From Candidatus Moraniibacteriota bacterium (GTDB lineage: Bacteria > Patescibacteriota > Minisyncoccia > Moranbacterales > UBA1568), in assembly GCA_016699425.1 (NCBI GenBank), contig CP064975.1:923957-987956 (forward strand): a DNA stretch of 64,000 nucleotides, in the 5' to 3' direction. A model generated the notes under the pieces. The model was not told where the DNA came from and ran no database searches. It worked only from the letters and a program-made list of their open reading frames with translations. A program made the position numbers and the translations under genes. Shown here in pieces: positions 30,180-39,605 of the stretch (the first letter of the stretch is position 1; each line of letters opens with the position of its first letter).

Positions 30180-30707
30180 TTAGATATCTAGTTTTGCCTT
30201 CAACTGAGCATCGATTTCCTCTTTGCTCGCCTCTTTGGCAGGTGCCACTGGGGTAGGTGCTGGCGATGTGGTCGCACTGTGTGCATCACCTGTCGGCCGT
30301 TCGCGACGGAAGTTGCCCCGGGCGCGCGGGTCTTTCTTCGTGTATTCGGTCCGCTCGATCGGCTTCAGTTCCGGCAACGTGTCCGCCCGCATGATGAGCA
30401 CGCGTAGCACGGTCTTCGACAACGCAAACTTCCGGTTCATCCGCGTGATCGCATCACCCTTCGCCATTTCAACCTCAAACTCTTTCGCCGAGAGCTCACT
30501 CTTGTCTGGCAATGTGAAACGGCGGGCGATATAGATACCCCGTGTCTCATCTCCGACCTCATAGGCGAGCTTGCGCTTGTCCTGAGTCTCTGGCGCGAGA
30601 AACTCTGCTCCTTCCTCGCGACAGATTGCCTCGACCTCGGTTCGAATCGCATCGAGGCTCGGCTCCTTGCTCTCTCCGATCAAATAAAATAGTTCGTACT
30701 CGCGCAT
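30180..30707 (-). CDS. rpsF: 30S ribosomal protein S6 with C-terminal extension
   Basis: Contains MREYELFYLI...RKLAYEV, the S6 signature. First gene of the rpsF-ssb-rpsR cluster. Confidence 0.9.
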   Translation of the reverse strand: MREYELFYLIGESKEPSLDAIRTEVEAICREEGAEFLAPETQDKRKLAYEVGDETRGIYIARRFTLPDKSELSAKEFEVEMAKGDAITRMNRKFALSKTVLRVLIMRADTLPELKPIERTEYTKKDPRARGNFRRERPTGDAHSATTSPAPTPVAPAKEASKEEIDAQLKAKLDI

Positions 30708-31607
30708 ACTAGATCAGCTGATTATGTGGTTACTCTGCAGTATAAATAAAAAACCCAAGAACAATCGGGAAAGTCAGTGGGACGGGCGGACTCCTATCCA
30801 GTTCAGACCCTTCCCCGCCAGCTGGCGGATCAGGACTCACAGGCGGGAATCTCTCGGACTTTCTCAGTTGTTTCCAGAGTGTAGCCGATAATCCCGACCT
30901 TGGCAAGGCGCTAGTCATGAGTGACTCTCCTGAGTGATGCCGCCCGCAACCTGTGGAGAAATGATGCTGCCCCGGGATCGAATCGATCCTCGGGGCATGG
31001 TACTGCTTACTTCGGGTCTCGCCCTGAGGAGGACGAGACCATTGCCGATGTTATTCAGCTTCTTCGCGCAGCGTCGACCTGGCCGGATGCACCTGCATTC
31101 ACGCCCGAATGCGGCGAATCGTGGGTCTGCTCGTGTTGCCGGTGGACAGTCGCGCTTGACATCGCCTTGGCGCCATTCTCGAAGCGCAATGCCGGGGAGC
31201 CCCGAGGGGCCGATTTGATTCTGTGTTTCATACTCGCCTCTCCTTTAGAGACTGATGAAAACGAAATGACGCAGAACCTCTGGAAGATGCACCCGCTGGG
31301 ACACTACATGCTTCACGAGAGGCTTGCGCCGCCAACTGCCTCGATACAACCGAGAACAGCAGGGAAAGGAGAACCATGTTTCTACTCTCTCCGCTGCCCT
31401 CGACTCTTCGCCACGAAAAAGAACTCTGGACACAGTATAAGGAAAATCAGGATAGCGAGTCAAGAAGCTCCCCCAAGAACTCTGATGCTTTCAAGAAACC
31501 TATCTCCGAGAGTATTGCCCTGTCCGATTCTAATCCTCCTCCGAGATCACTCGACATTGAACCCCGTTGGCGCAGTGGGTGGTGTGGTGTCGCCTCAGAA
31601 CTCATCC

Positions 31608-32864
31608 TCAGAACAGTTTCTTGTAATTGTCCGCCCAGTAGAGGACGCCGTTGATATAGGGGGCATAGCTCGTGCCGAGGTAGGAGGCGGCTGCTTTCTT
31701 CCAGGCACTCCGACTGCCACTCGTGACACCCGGCGTCTTGGACAATTTGGTGGCCATCGCCATGACGCCATCGGTCAGGTTCCACGGGTCCGGCGGATTG
31801 TGTCCGGTCTTTGACGCGACCTGGGATTTGTACCCCATCCAGGTGTCCGGCATGAACTGCGCCACCCCCATCGCACCGCCGGTCCCCGTGTAGCCACTCG
31901 GATTACAGGAAACTTTTTTCTTTTTGTAATCGTAACCGAGTTCCTTCGTGATCGACTTGAAGACTTCGCGTCGACGCTGAAACGTCGCCCAGGAAGCCTT
32001 GGAAAGTTTCCCTGACTTGTAGCGTGCTTCCGCTCCCTTCTCCACCTCGGCATAGGTGCAACCACCGACGTTTTTTCCGAGGTTGGTCTCCATCTTCAGC
32101 ATCCCCATGAGGAAGCCCTTCGGGACACCGGTCTTCCCACTGGCATAGGTGACGGCTTCCTTGATGTCCCCTGCATCATATGACCCGCCTGTCAAGGCAT
32201 TCAAGTCGCTCTGCAATTCATTCAGCTCCTTCTGGAGACGAGACACCGTCTTGGCGACATCTTCGACATCCTCAAGCGTCTCCTGCTGATCAGAAACGAG
32301 TACATTCTTCTCGATGGCCTTTTTCTGAAGGAGCGTCTCATGATCCTTCTTCGCATCCTCAAGTGAGAGCTTTTCGGATTCCGTATCTGCCTGAGTCAGC
32401 GAGAGCGATTCGAGCATGGAAGAAATCTTCTCTCCGACAGTCAAGAGCTTGTCCGGATCATTGACCACATCCGTGAACCGCTCCTCGGCGACCAGGACAC
32501 GAGGCAAAGGCCACTCCCCCTGGTAGTACAATTCCCGCATGAGGCCAGTGATGAGCTCCTTCTTATCTACGATCTGTTCTTCGAGCAAAGCAACCTCGGC
32601 TTCTTTCCGCTCGATGGTATTCGCCGCCTGCTGGATCTTGATCTGTGTTTCCGCGATCGCGCGCTGCGTCGACGAGAGCGAGGCATTGATGCCGGCGAGT
32701 TCGGATTCGAGCGCTTTCTTTTTGGCTTCTGCCGCCTTGAGCTTCTTCTCGACATCGGAAATATCATCTTTGATCTCACCCGAATCAGCGGCAGCCAAAA
32801 CTGGCGGAGCCGAAGAAACGATGCTGCCCAGCATCAGGAGAGACAAGAAAAGAAAACCAAGCAA
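31608..32864 (-). CDS. Secreted coiled-coil protein with C-terminal lytic transglycosylase (SLT-like) domain
   Basis: Signal peptide or TM helix, about 200 aa of heptad-rich coiled coil, then GGAMGVAQFMPDTW, an SLT-type catalytic region. Confidence 0.7.
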   Translation of the reverse strand: MLGFLFLSLLMLGSIVSSAPPVLAAADSGEIKDDISDVEKKLKAAEAKKKALESELAGINASLSSTQRAIAETQIKIQQAANTIERKEAEVALLEEQIVDKKELITGLMRELYYQGEWPLPRVLVAEERFTDVVNDPDKLLTVGEKISSMLESLSLTQADTESEKLSLEDAKKDHETLLQKKAIEKNVLVSDQQETLEDVEDVAKTVSRLQKELNELQSDLNALTGGSYDAGDIKEAVTYASGKTGVPKGFLMGMLKMETNLGKNVGGCTYAEVEKGAEARYKSGKLSKASWATFQRRREVFKSITKELGYDYKKKKVSCNPSGYTGTGGAMGVAQFMPDTWMGYKSQVASKTGHNPPDPWNLTDGVMAMATKLSKTPGVTSGSRSAWKKAAASYLGTSYAPYINGVLYWADNYKKLF

Positions 32865-32943
32865 TGCTTGTTTGTTTTGATATGCATGTTCCTATTATAC
32901 CCCATACAAAAAGAGGCTCGGATGAGCCTCTTTTCCTGTTTTC

Positions 32944-33882
32944 CTACTTGGAAGACTCGACTTCGATCTCCTTTACCCGCTTCCAGATAGCCTTCTCAAT
33001 TTCTTTGCCAACTTTCGGATTCTCCTTGAGGAACGCTCGTGTCTGCTCCCGGCCGACGCCAAGCTTCACCTCACCAAAGGAATGCGTGTTCCCCTGCTTC
33101 TTGATGACTTCATATTTCACCCCGGTATCGAGCACGTCATCGCTCCACGAGATACCTTCGTTGTACATGATGAAGAACGATGTCGTCCGGAACGGCGGGG
33201 CCACTTTGTTCTTCACAACTTTCACATTGACCTGATTGCCGACGACTTCCTCACCCTTCTTCACCTGAGCACTCTTCCTGACTTCGATCCGGACGGATGA
33301 GTAAAATTTCAACGCATTGCCGCCGGTCGTTGTCTCGGGATTGCCGAACATGACGCCGATCTTCATGCGCAACTGATTGATGAAAACGACGACGACATTG
33401 GAGCGCGAGATAATAGCGGTCAATTTCCGGAGTGCCTGACTCATGAGTCGCGCTTGCCGGCCGACATGCTGATCACCCATCTCCCCCTCGATTTCCGCCC
33501 GCGGCACGAGCGCGGCGACCGAGTCGACGACGATGATATCGACGGCGTTCGAACGCACGAGTGTCTCGACGATATCGAGCGCCTGCTCGCCTGAATCCGG
33601 CTGAGAAATAAGCAGTTCGTTTACATTCACGCCGATGCGCTTTGCATACTCCGGATCGAGTGCATGTTCCGCATCGATGAAGGCTGCAACACCCCCCGCC
33701 TTCTGGGCATTGGCAATCGTGTGCAGCGTCAAGGTCGTCTTGCCTGAAGACTCCGGACCATAGACTTCGACGATACGGCCGCGCGGGACGCCACCGATAC
33801 CGAGCGCGATGTCGAGCGACAGCGATCCCGTCGGAATCGCCTCGACATCCACCTTCCGGACATCGCCGAGTTTCATGATCAT
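32944..33882 (-). CDS. recA: Recombinase RecA (N-terminal helix apparently frame-disrupted)
   Basis: Has the [10 protein letters not shown] Walker A, the L1/L2 loops and a C-terminal domain. The ORF begins at MIMKLGD, but the conserved QGKFGEG that precedes it is in-frame without a start codon. The first about 20 aa of a RecA N-terminus ([23 protein letters not shown]) are encoded in another frame from an ATG at 33965. Confidence 0.93.
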   Translation of the reverse strand: MIMKLGDVRKVDVEAIPTGSLSLDIALGIGGVPRGRIVEVYGPESSGKTTLTLHTIANAQKAGGVAAFIDAEHALDPEYAKRIGVNVNELLISQPDSGEQALDIVETLVRSNAVDIIVVDSVAALVPRAEIEGEMGDQHVGRQARLMSQALRKLTAIISRSNVVVVFINQLRMKIGVMFGNPETTTGGNALKFYSSVRIEVRKSAQVKKGEEVVGNQVNVKVVKNKVAPPFRTTSFFIMYNEGISWSDDVLDTGVKYEVIKKQGNTHSFGEVKLGVGREQTRAFLKENPKVGKEIEKAIWKRVKEIEVESSK

Positions 33883-33977
33883 CCCCTCACCGAACTTCCC
33901 TTGATCTCGTCGACAACCGCGTCGACGCTCTTCCTCCCATTACTGACTGCTTTTTCCTTGGCCATACACATGTGGAT

Positions 33978-34964
33978 TTATGGATTAGCACTGACCGCAT
34001 CCTTTGTATATATCTTCCCACTGACGGGGACGGCTTCTTTCCCAACCAGCTCAGCTGGACCATCATCGAAACTTGTCTCCGTGTGCGACGCATCGTCGGT
34101 CGACAGTCGCACTGGATCAATGAGGCCAGCAAACCGCTGCTCCTTCCCAGGGAGCAAGGTGCCACTATACAACACTGTCTCACCGCTCGCAAGAGTCACA
34201 TCCACCGCCTCCGCGACGGCACGGACTGTGAACACAAAGCCTGGCAGGTGAGTCTCTGTCACGGCCGGTTCAGAAGTATGGCTCTCCGTTCGGCTTTCGA
34301 TCGCCACAGTCTCCTCTTTCGTCTTGTCAAACCGGTTGGTCGCCCGGATGACGATGCGGTTCATACCCTGTTGGAGAGTGATTTCTTCATTGAACTCACC
34401 CGCACTCCCGACAAAAACCGGCTCGCCATTCGCTGTAACAACAGTCCCGGGATCGGTCTGGCCACGCAGGGCGATGACAGACCCGTCTATTGTAGCACCT
34501 GAGATCGGGTCACTGATGACGAGACGCGGCTCAGCTACAAAGCTCCGAAATTCAGAAAACAGATACGCAAACGTCCCACCGAGGACCAGCACGAGGAGCG
34601 TGACGAGCAAAGTCCGCGGGGTGATGATCCATGCGTTCATTGCCGGATACCGGACCGATTCCTTGGGCCCTGGCTCATGGCCGAGGTTCATCCGGATATG
34701 TCGCTCTTTGTCATACAACTTCAAAAACGCACCCTCCTCGAGGCCGAGATGCCGCGCATAGCTCTTCAGAAACCCTCTGACATACACCTCGGCTGGCAAC
34801 TTCCCGTATTCCCCGTTCTCAAGATACTCCAAATACTTCGCCTGAATCCGAGTTGCCTTGGCGATCTCGGTATAGCTCATGCGGTACTGCTGGCGGAGTT
34901 TCTTCAACTTCTCTCCCAGGGTCAGCGATTCGACTTTCTTTCGGATAAAACCATCATTCACCAT
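33978..34964 (-). CDS. rodZ: RodZ-like cytoskeleton protein (HTH_XRE, TM helix, C-terminal DUF4115-like domain)
   Basis: N-terminal HTH (LGEKLKKLRQQYRMSYTEIAKATRIQAKYLEYLENGEY), a single TM helix and a C-terminal beta-rich periplasmic domain. Confidence 0.7.
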   Translation of the reverse strand: MVNDGFIRKKVESLTLGEKLKKLRQQYRMSYTEIAKATRIQAKYLEYLENGEYGKLPAEVYVRGFLKSYARHLGLEEGAFLKLYDKERHIRMNLGHEPGPKESVRYPAMNAWIITPRTLLVTLLVLVLGGTFAYLFSEFRSFVAEPRLVISDPISGATIDGSVIALRGQTDPGTVVTANGEPVFVGSAGEFNEEITLQQGMNRIVIRATNRFDKTKEETVAIESRTESHTSEPAVTETHLPGFVFTVRAVAEAVDVTLASGETVLYSGTLLPGKEQRFAGLIDPVRLSTDDASHTETSFDDGPAELVGKEAVPVSGKIYTKDAVSANP

Positions 34965-35060
34965 ATCAGATACTTTTCAGCTGTTTAGCTTTTTGGCTTC
35001 CTAGCTTACAACAACCCCGCTCTCCCTACAAGCTACGAGCTAAAGAGCTACCCGCTATCC

Positions 35061-37496
35061 TCACAGCTGCCACTTTTCTCGCTCCGCCTGATCCGACAGC
35101 GGATCGTCACCATACTGTTTCCCCTCCTCGAGAGTTTTCAGGATCACCTCGCGCTTCTTGTTCACCTCCGGCCCGACGACACCGCGCTGCTCGAGCGTCT
35201 GCATGACCCGTGCCGCTTTCGGATAGCCGATTTTGAGAAATGTCTGGAGATACGTCGTCGACGCACGCTGCGTTTCCACAACAAGTTTTTTTGCGGCTTG
35301 ATAGATCGGATCATGTTCATCCTCATCCGCTTCACCGACACCGTCGAGGTCGATCGGGTGTTCATCTCCCCCGCCGAAATCCTCACCGATCTCATCCATT
35401 CCTTTTTCAACTTTTTGTCGCTCGAGAAAACGCACCACCTTTTCAACTTCATCCTCCGAAACAAATACGCCCTGAATACGTTGAAGAGTCGATGTCTCGG
35501 CCGAAGAATAGAGCATATCACCATTGCCCAGAAGTTTCTCGGCTCCACCCGTATCGAGGATGGTGCGCGAATCGACATTGGACTTGAGCTTGAAGGAAAT
35601 CCGGGCCGGCATGTTCGCCTTGATGAGACCCGTGACGACATTTACCTCGGGACGCTGGGTTGCAAGCACCAGGTGGATACCCGCTGCCCGACCTTTCTGA
35701 GCGAGGAGGATGATGGATGACTCGACCTCTTTCCCATGGGCGACCATAAGGTCAGCCATCTCATCGATGACGATGACGACCTGTGGCATCGGGGCAAGTT
35801 CCTCTTCTCGGACTTCACTCGTCTCAGTATCGACGACGCGCTTCTTCTCGCCGCGGGCAATTTTTTCCCGGTAGGAGGAAATATCCCGCGACCCGACAGC
35901 CTCGAGCGCTTTGTATCGCCGCTCCATCTCACCGACAGTCCATTTCAGAGCGTTCACGACTTTGTGATTATCAACAATGACATCAGTCTTCAGGTGCGGG
36001 ATCCCCTTGTACAGCGACAACTCGACGCGCTTCGGATCAACGAAGATAAACTTCAGATCCTCGGGTGAATTCTGATAAAGGAGCGAGAGGATGAGGGTAT
36101 TGATACAGACGCTCTTGCCGGACCGGGTCGTCCCCGCGATGAGGAGGTGCGGCATGCGTCCCAGGTCGGCATAGACGTAGCGGCCTGAGACGTCCTGACC
36201 GAGAATGATGGTCAGGTTCGAGTGCCGCGCACGGAATTCTTTCGATTGGAGGAATTCGCGGAGACGGACATTCACCTTCGCCTTGTTCGGCACCTCGATA
36301 CCGATGAGCGACTTCCCAGGGATCGGTGCTTCGATCCGGATATGCTGCGCGGCAAGGGCGAGGGCGAGATCATTGTGGAGCGGCGTGATACTTGAAATCT
36401 TCACACCAACCGCCGGCCGGAAAGTGTACTGGGTCACCGTCGGGCCGACTTGGACTTCGCCCGGCTCCACATCGATATGGAAATGCTTCAGGGTCCGGAT
36501 GATGATGTCTTTATTCTGTTCGATATCGCCGCCACCACCCTTGGCATCGGACGCTGCGAGGAGCTCGAGTGGCGGGAGTTCCCACTGCACTCGTCGTCGC
36601 TTCGGCCGGATAAAAGCCGGGACCAGAACCGTCTCTTCTTCCCCATTCCCATTGGACATTCCCTCAACACCCTTCACAGCTGCTGTGGCTGTCTCTGTTG
36701 ATTCGTTCTCAGCAAAGCGGATATTTTGGATATTGCCGGCTGTTTGTTCGGCAGGTGCATCCACCTTCCCCTCGATCGTCTCCGGTACAGGTTCTGATAT
36801 CTCGGCCGACTTCAATGCCCCTTCGAGCGAAAGCGCTGCGTCGGCTACCGCCGGTGATATAAGCGCCGATTCCTGTCCATCGATCGACACCTCTTCGGTT
36901 GGTTCCTTTCGGAAACGCGCCGTCACATGCTCGAACCAATGCAGGAGCGACACATTGAATGCCGCGATGACTCCCGAGACGAAGAGCGTGAAGAGGACGA
37001 CGAACGCAGCAATCTTTCCCATCGCACCCGAAAGAAGACTCGCGAAGAGATAGCCGATGAAGCCGCCGCCCTCGCGTGCGAGCGCCACGGATCGCAATTC
37101 CTTGGCGGTGTCCCCGAGGAAGAGATGCGACAAACCAAGGAAGGCGAAGAACGCGAAGCCTAATCCGAAATACCGGATGATATCAGAGAGATTCGTCGCA
37201 TGTCGCCGGATAATGAAGTAACCAATGAGCGGTAACAGTGGGATAAGTAACCACTTGCTCCAACCCACGGTCACCCCCACCCACTGATCGACGTTCAGAC
37301 CGAAAGACCCTGCCTGCCCGATGAACGAGAGGAGGAAGAGGATAGCGAAGGCCAGGAGAAACAAAGCAGCGATACCGCGTTTGGCATCACTCCCGAGCGC
37401 TTCTCGCCGTTTCTCATCCGGCTTTTTTTCGGATTGATCTTTCTTTTTCCGCCCCATATATCTAATAGTATAGCAGCCCAATTGCAGTCGAATCAA
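35061..37496 (-). CDS. ftsK: DNA translocase FtsK/SpoIIIE
   Basis: N-terminal 4-5 TM helices, linker, motor domain with Walker A (GTTRSGKSV) and Walker B, and a C-terminal gamma winged-helix domain. Confidence 0.9.
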   Translation of the reverse strand: MIRLQLGCYTIRYMGRKKKDQSEKKPDEKRREALGSDAKRGIAALFLLAFAILFLLSFIGQAGSFGLNVDQWVGVTVGWSKWLLIPLLPLIGYFIIRRHATNLSDIIRYFGLGFAFFAFLGLSHLFLGDTAKELRSVALAREGGGFIGYLFASLLSGAMGKIAAFVVLFTLFVSGVIAAFNVSLLHWFEHVTARFRKEPTEEVSIDGQESALISPAVADAALSLEGALKSAEISEPVPETIEGKVDAPAEQTAGNIQNIRFAENESTETATAAVKGVEGMSNGNGEEETVLVPAFIRPKRRRVQWELPPLELLAASDAKGGGGDIEQNKDIIIRTLKHFHIDVEPGEVQVGPTVTQYTFRPAVGVKISSITPLHNDLALALAAQHIRIEAPIPGKSLIGIEVPNKAKVNVRLREFLQSKEFRARHSNLTIILGQDVSGRYVYADLGRMPHLLIAGTTRSGKSVCINTLILSLLYQNSPEDLKFIFVDPKRVELSLYKGIPHLKTDVIVDNHKVVNALKWTVGEMERRYKALEAVGSRDISSYREKIARGEKKRVVDTETSEVREEELAPMPQVVIVIDEMADLMVAHGKEVESSIILLAQKGRAAGIHLVLATQRPEVNVVTGLIKANMPARISFKLKSNVDSRTILDTGGAEKLLGNGDMLYSSAETSTLQRIQGVFVSEDEVEKVVRFLERQKVEKGMDEIGEDFGGGDEHPIDLDGVGEADEDEHDPIYQAAKKLVVETQRASTTYLQTFLKIGYPKAARVMQTLEQRGVVGPEVNKKREVILKTLEEGKQYGDDPLSDQAEREKWQL

Positions 37497-37548
37497 AATT
37501 CCCCAAGATGCCTTCGGGCTCAGAGGTAGTCAGTATGTATATCGGTAC

Positions 37549-39267
37549 CTACGGCGCTGTCCCACTGACGCACGGGCCGAAGCCATGCACGACCGTGACA
37601 CCATTGACATTCACACAGCTCGGTGAGAAGGCGGTCTGGACAGCAGAGAGGCTGGTATAGGTGGTGCCATGAATCGTCCAGGGGAAAGCGGGGGTACTGT
37701 TCGTGCCTGTACCACTCCCACCACCGCCACTTCCACTCCCCGAACCTGAGCCTGAACCACTCCCACTGCCGGCGGCACAGCTCACCGTGGTGCCACCCAA
37801 GACAGGAGGCTCTACGATTGAGACGCGACAGAGTGAATTCGTGCAACCGGAATCACTTCGGACATTGAGGTAATACAAACTACCGGAAATGACGGGACAA
37901 CCCGTTGGTCCAATGAGAATGCGGGGGTGACCACCTGGGTCAGCAGTCTGGGTACAGGCGGCCGAAGTCGAAAAATCATTGGGTCGAGTGGAAAGTGAGA
38001 TGGTGGTGCGTCCGGTCACGCCATCCCCGCTCCCAGTACCTCGGTGGACGTTTATATACTGCCCCGAAGATGGCATGGTTGTCGCGACATAACGTACCGC
38101 AACGACATGTCCATTGTCGAGAGTCATGCCATTAGGTGAAGCCCCGGGACAATTGAAGGCAAAGTTTATCCCATTTGGACAACCTGGGATAGCTGTATTA
38201 CTACCCGCGCCACCAAGACTGCTTTGATCCACCACCCAAACATTCGTCATGCCACTCGGTCGCCATGTGCCGCTCCCAAATCCCGGATCCCCTGGCGCAC
38301 CAGCCGAGCAGGACGCGGTTGTGCCTGTCCCCACAGTCGGTGCCGGACATGCTGCACCGGCATGCGGGTCACCGTTTTGAATATTGATGCCGACAGGCAG
38401 AATCGCAAACATACATGCTCTACTTCCTTGCCCACACCCACTGAGTGTGAAGTTAACATAGCCGGTTGCTGGAGGAACACAGTGTGTGTCATCAAGGATA
38501 ACCGTACCTCCAACGCCACTCGTACATTCAGGTGTTGCTCCGCCGCCGGGTGTTGAGGATAGGGATATTCTCGCGAGGCCAGCAGACCCGGCACCATCCC
38601 ACCACCGCGTTTGCACATTGCCTGTACCGGTTCGAGTATACGGAATAGAGACGATCCCCCCTACTACTCCCCACACATATACTTTCGATTCGACATCAAA
38701 ATATTGAAAGGGTGCGGTTGGAAAATCATAGACATTTGATGAAACAAGGGCCGTCCCAATCCGACAATTCCCCACCCCAGGGAGATAGACTCCTCCATCC
38801 GTCCCCCCACTCCCTCCACCCCCATCACTCCCACTCCCTCCCGAACACGCCCCCGTGACAAAGTTCTGCCCCTGGAAGGTCATCGTGGCACTCGTCCTTG
38901 GGGTGTAGGAAAGGATCGAAGCATTGAGGGTCACTTCACAGTAGTTGCCCTGAGCATTCGTCAGGCGTTGGGTCCCCGGACTCAAGACCTGGAAGGAGCT
39001 GCCTGTGACACTCCCAATGGGGACGGTGATCTGAGGGGACAGATCAGCTCCCCAGCCGAGGAGACTCATCCGACAGGTGACTCGATAGGTGAGCTGGTTG
39101 TTGGCATCAACACTCACTTCCCAACGGACGGGCAGGTTGTTGCCGGCTTGGGTGAAATCACTCACCCAGCTCTTGCCATACAGGAATTGGAGAGATCCTG
39201 GATCGGGACACATCGCCCCGGTCCCCGGTGTACTCCCAGGATTGGCAGGTGTCGTCACTCCCACCAC
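37549..39267 (-). CDS. Large secreted G/S/T- and Cys-rich protein fragment (carries the C-terminal half of an FN3 domain plus a (GS)n linker)
   Basis: 572 aa. Low-complexity Gly/Thr/Ser with many Cys, and GSGSGSGSGSGSGSGGGGSG near the C-terminus. The frame is open upstream of the GTG start and reads ...LTPGTSYSYHVRAITSAGVSTWSNV, which is the FN3 strands E-G. Confidence 0.6.
   Translation of the reverse strand: MVGVTTPANPGSTPGTGAMCPDPGSLQFLYGKSWVSDFTQAGNNLPVRWEVSVDANNQLTYRVTCRMSLLGWGADLSPQITVPIGSVTGSSFQVLSPGTQRLTNAQGNYCEVTLNASILSYTPRTSATMTFQGQNFVTGACSGGSGSDGGGGSGGTDGGVYLPGVGNCRIGTALVSSNVYDFPTAPFQYFDVESKVYVWGVVGGIVSIPYTRTGTGNVQTRWWDGAGSAGLARISLSSTPGGGATPECTSGVGGTVILDDTHCVPPATGYVNFTLSGCGQGSRACMFAILPVGINIQNGDPHAGAACPAPTVGTGTTASCSAGAPGDPGFGSGTWRPSGMTNVWVVDQSSLGGAGSNTAIPGCPNGINFAFNCPGASPNGMTLDNGHVVAVRYVATTMPSSGQYINVHRGTGSGDGVTGRTTISLSTRPNDFSTSAACTQTADPGGHPRILIGPTGCPVISGSLYYLNVRSDSGCTNSLCRVSIVEPPVLGGTTVSCAAGSGSGSGSGSGSGSGGGGSGTGTNSTPAFPWTIHGTTYTSLSAVQTAFSPSCVNVNGVTVVHGFGPCVSGTAP
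37711..37770 (-). repeat. Coding (GGN-AGY)n microsatellite encoding a (GS)n linker
   Basis: Tandem ccact/cc(a/g)ct hexamer-like repeats on the + strand. It is translated as GSGSGSGSGSGSGSGGGG. Confidence 0.5.
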
Positions 39268-39605
39268 ATTCGACCAGGTTGAGACTCCAGCTGAGGTGAT
39301 CGCACGGACATGGTAGGAATAGCTGGTACCGGGAGTGAGGGTGGTGTCGGTAAAACTCGTGGTATTGGACGTACCCAGGAGGTAAAGACGGTACAGGTCA
39401 GTCCCGTACAGCGTTCCACCTCATACCCGGTCGCTCCAGGCACTGCTCCCCATGAGAGGATTGCACTCGAAGCAGACGGAGCCGTCACACCAAGGCTCGC
39501 TGGCGAAGCGATGGGAGCAACAATGACCGCGCCGGATGTATCTCTGGGCAAGGTGACGAGATCACCTCCACCTCCCAGGCCCTCCACCCGTGCCACTCGC
39601 TCCAC
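39255..39605 (-). CDS. ORF fragment encoding the N-terminal half of an FN3 domain (probably part of a frame-disrupted surface-protein gene)
   Basis: Contains ...AILSWGAVPGATGYEVERCTG, which is FN3 strands A-C. The rest of the domain continues in another frame (the 37549..39267 ORF). The start codon is GTG. Confidence 0.4.
   Translation of the reverse strand: MERVARVEGLGGGGDLVTLPRDTSGAVIVAPIASPASLGVTAPSASSAILSWGAVPGATGYEVERCTGLTCTVFTSWVRPIPRVLPTPPSLPVPAIPTMSVRSPQLESQPGRMWWE

Noticed and set aside
30757-30790. RNase P RNA P4-like GGGAAAGTC motif
   Set aside because: No matching 3' P4 strand (ACAGAANCCGGCUUA-like) or GGUGAAA/GGUGCGGUAAG modules were found on either strand within about 400 nt.
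30921-31814. 297-aa + strand ORF in the rpsF upstream region
   Set aside because: Low-complexity sequence with no recognisable domain. Its 3' third is antisense to the SLT-domain gene. Treated as a chance open frame in GC-rich DNA.
36205-37053. 282-aa + strand ORF
   Set aside because: Antisense to ftsK. Ser/Arg-rich nonsense translation.
37700-37780. Short tandem repeat that could be mistaken for a CRISPR or other repeat array
   Set aside because: It is an in-frame coding microsatellite translating to (GS)n within the surface protein. No spacer-repeat periodicity was found. No CRISPR arrays were seen anywhere in the window.
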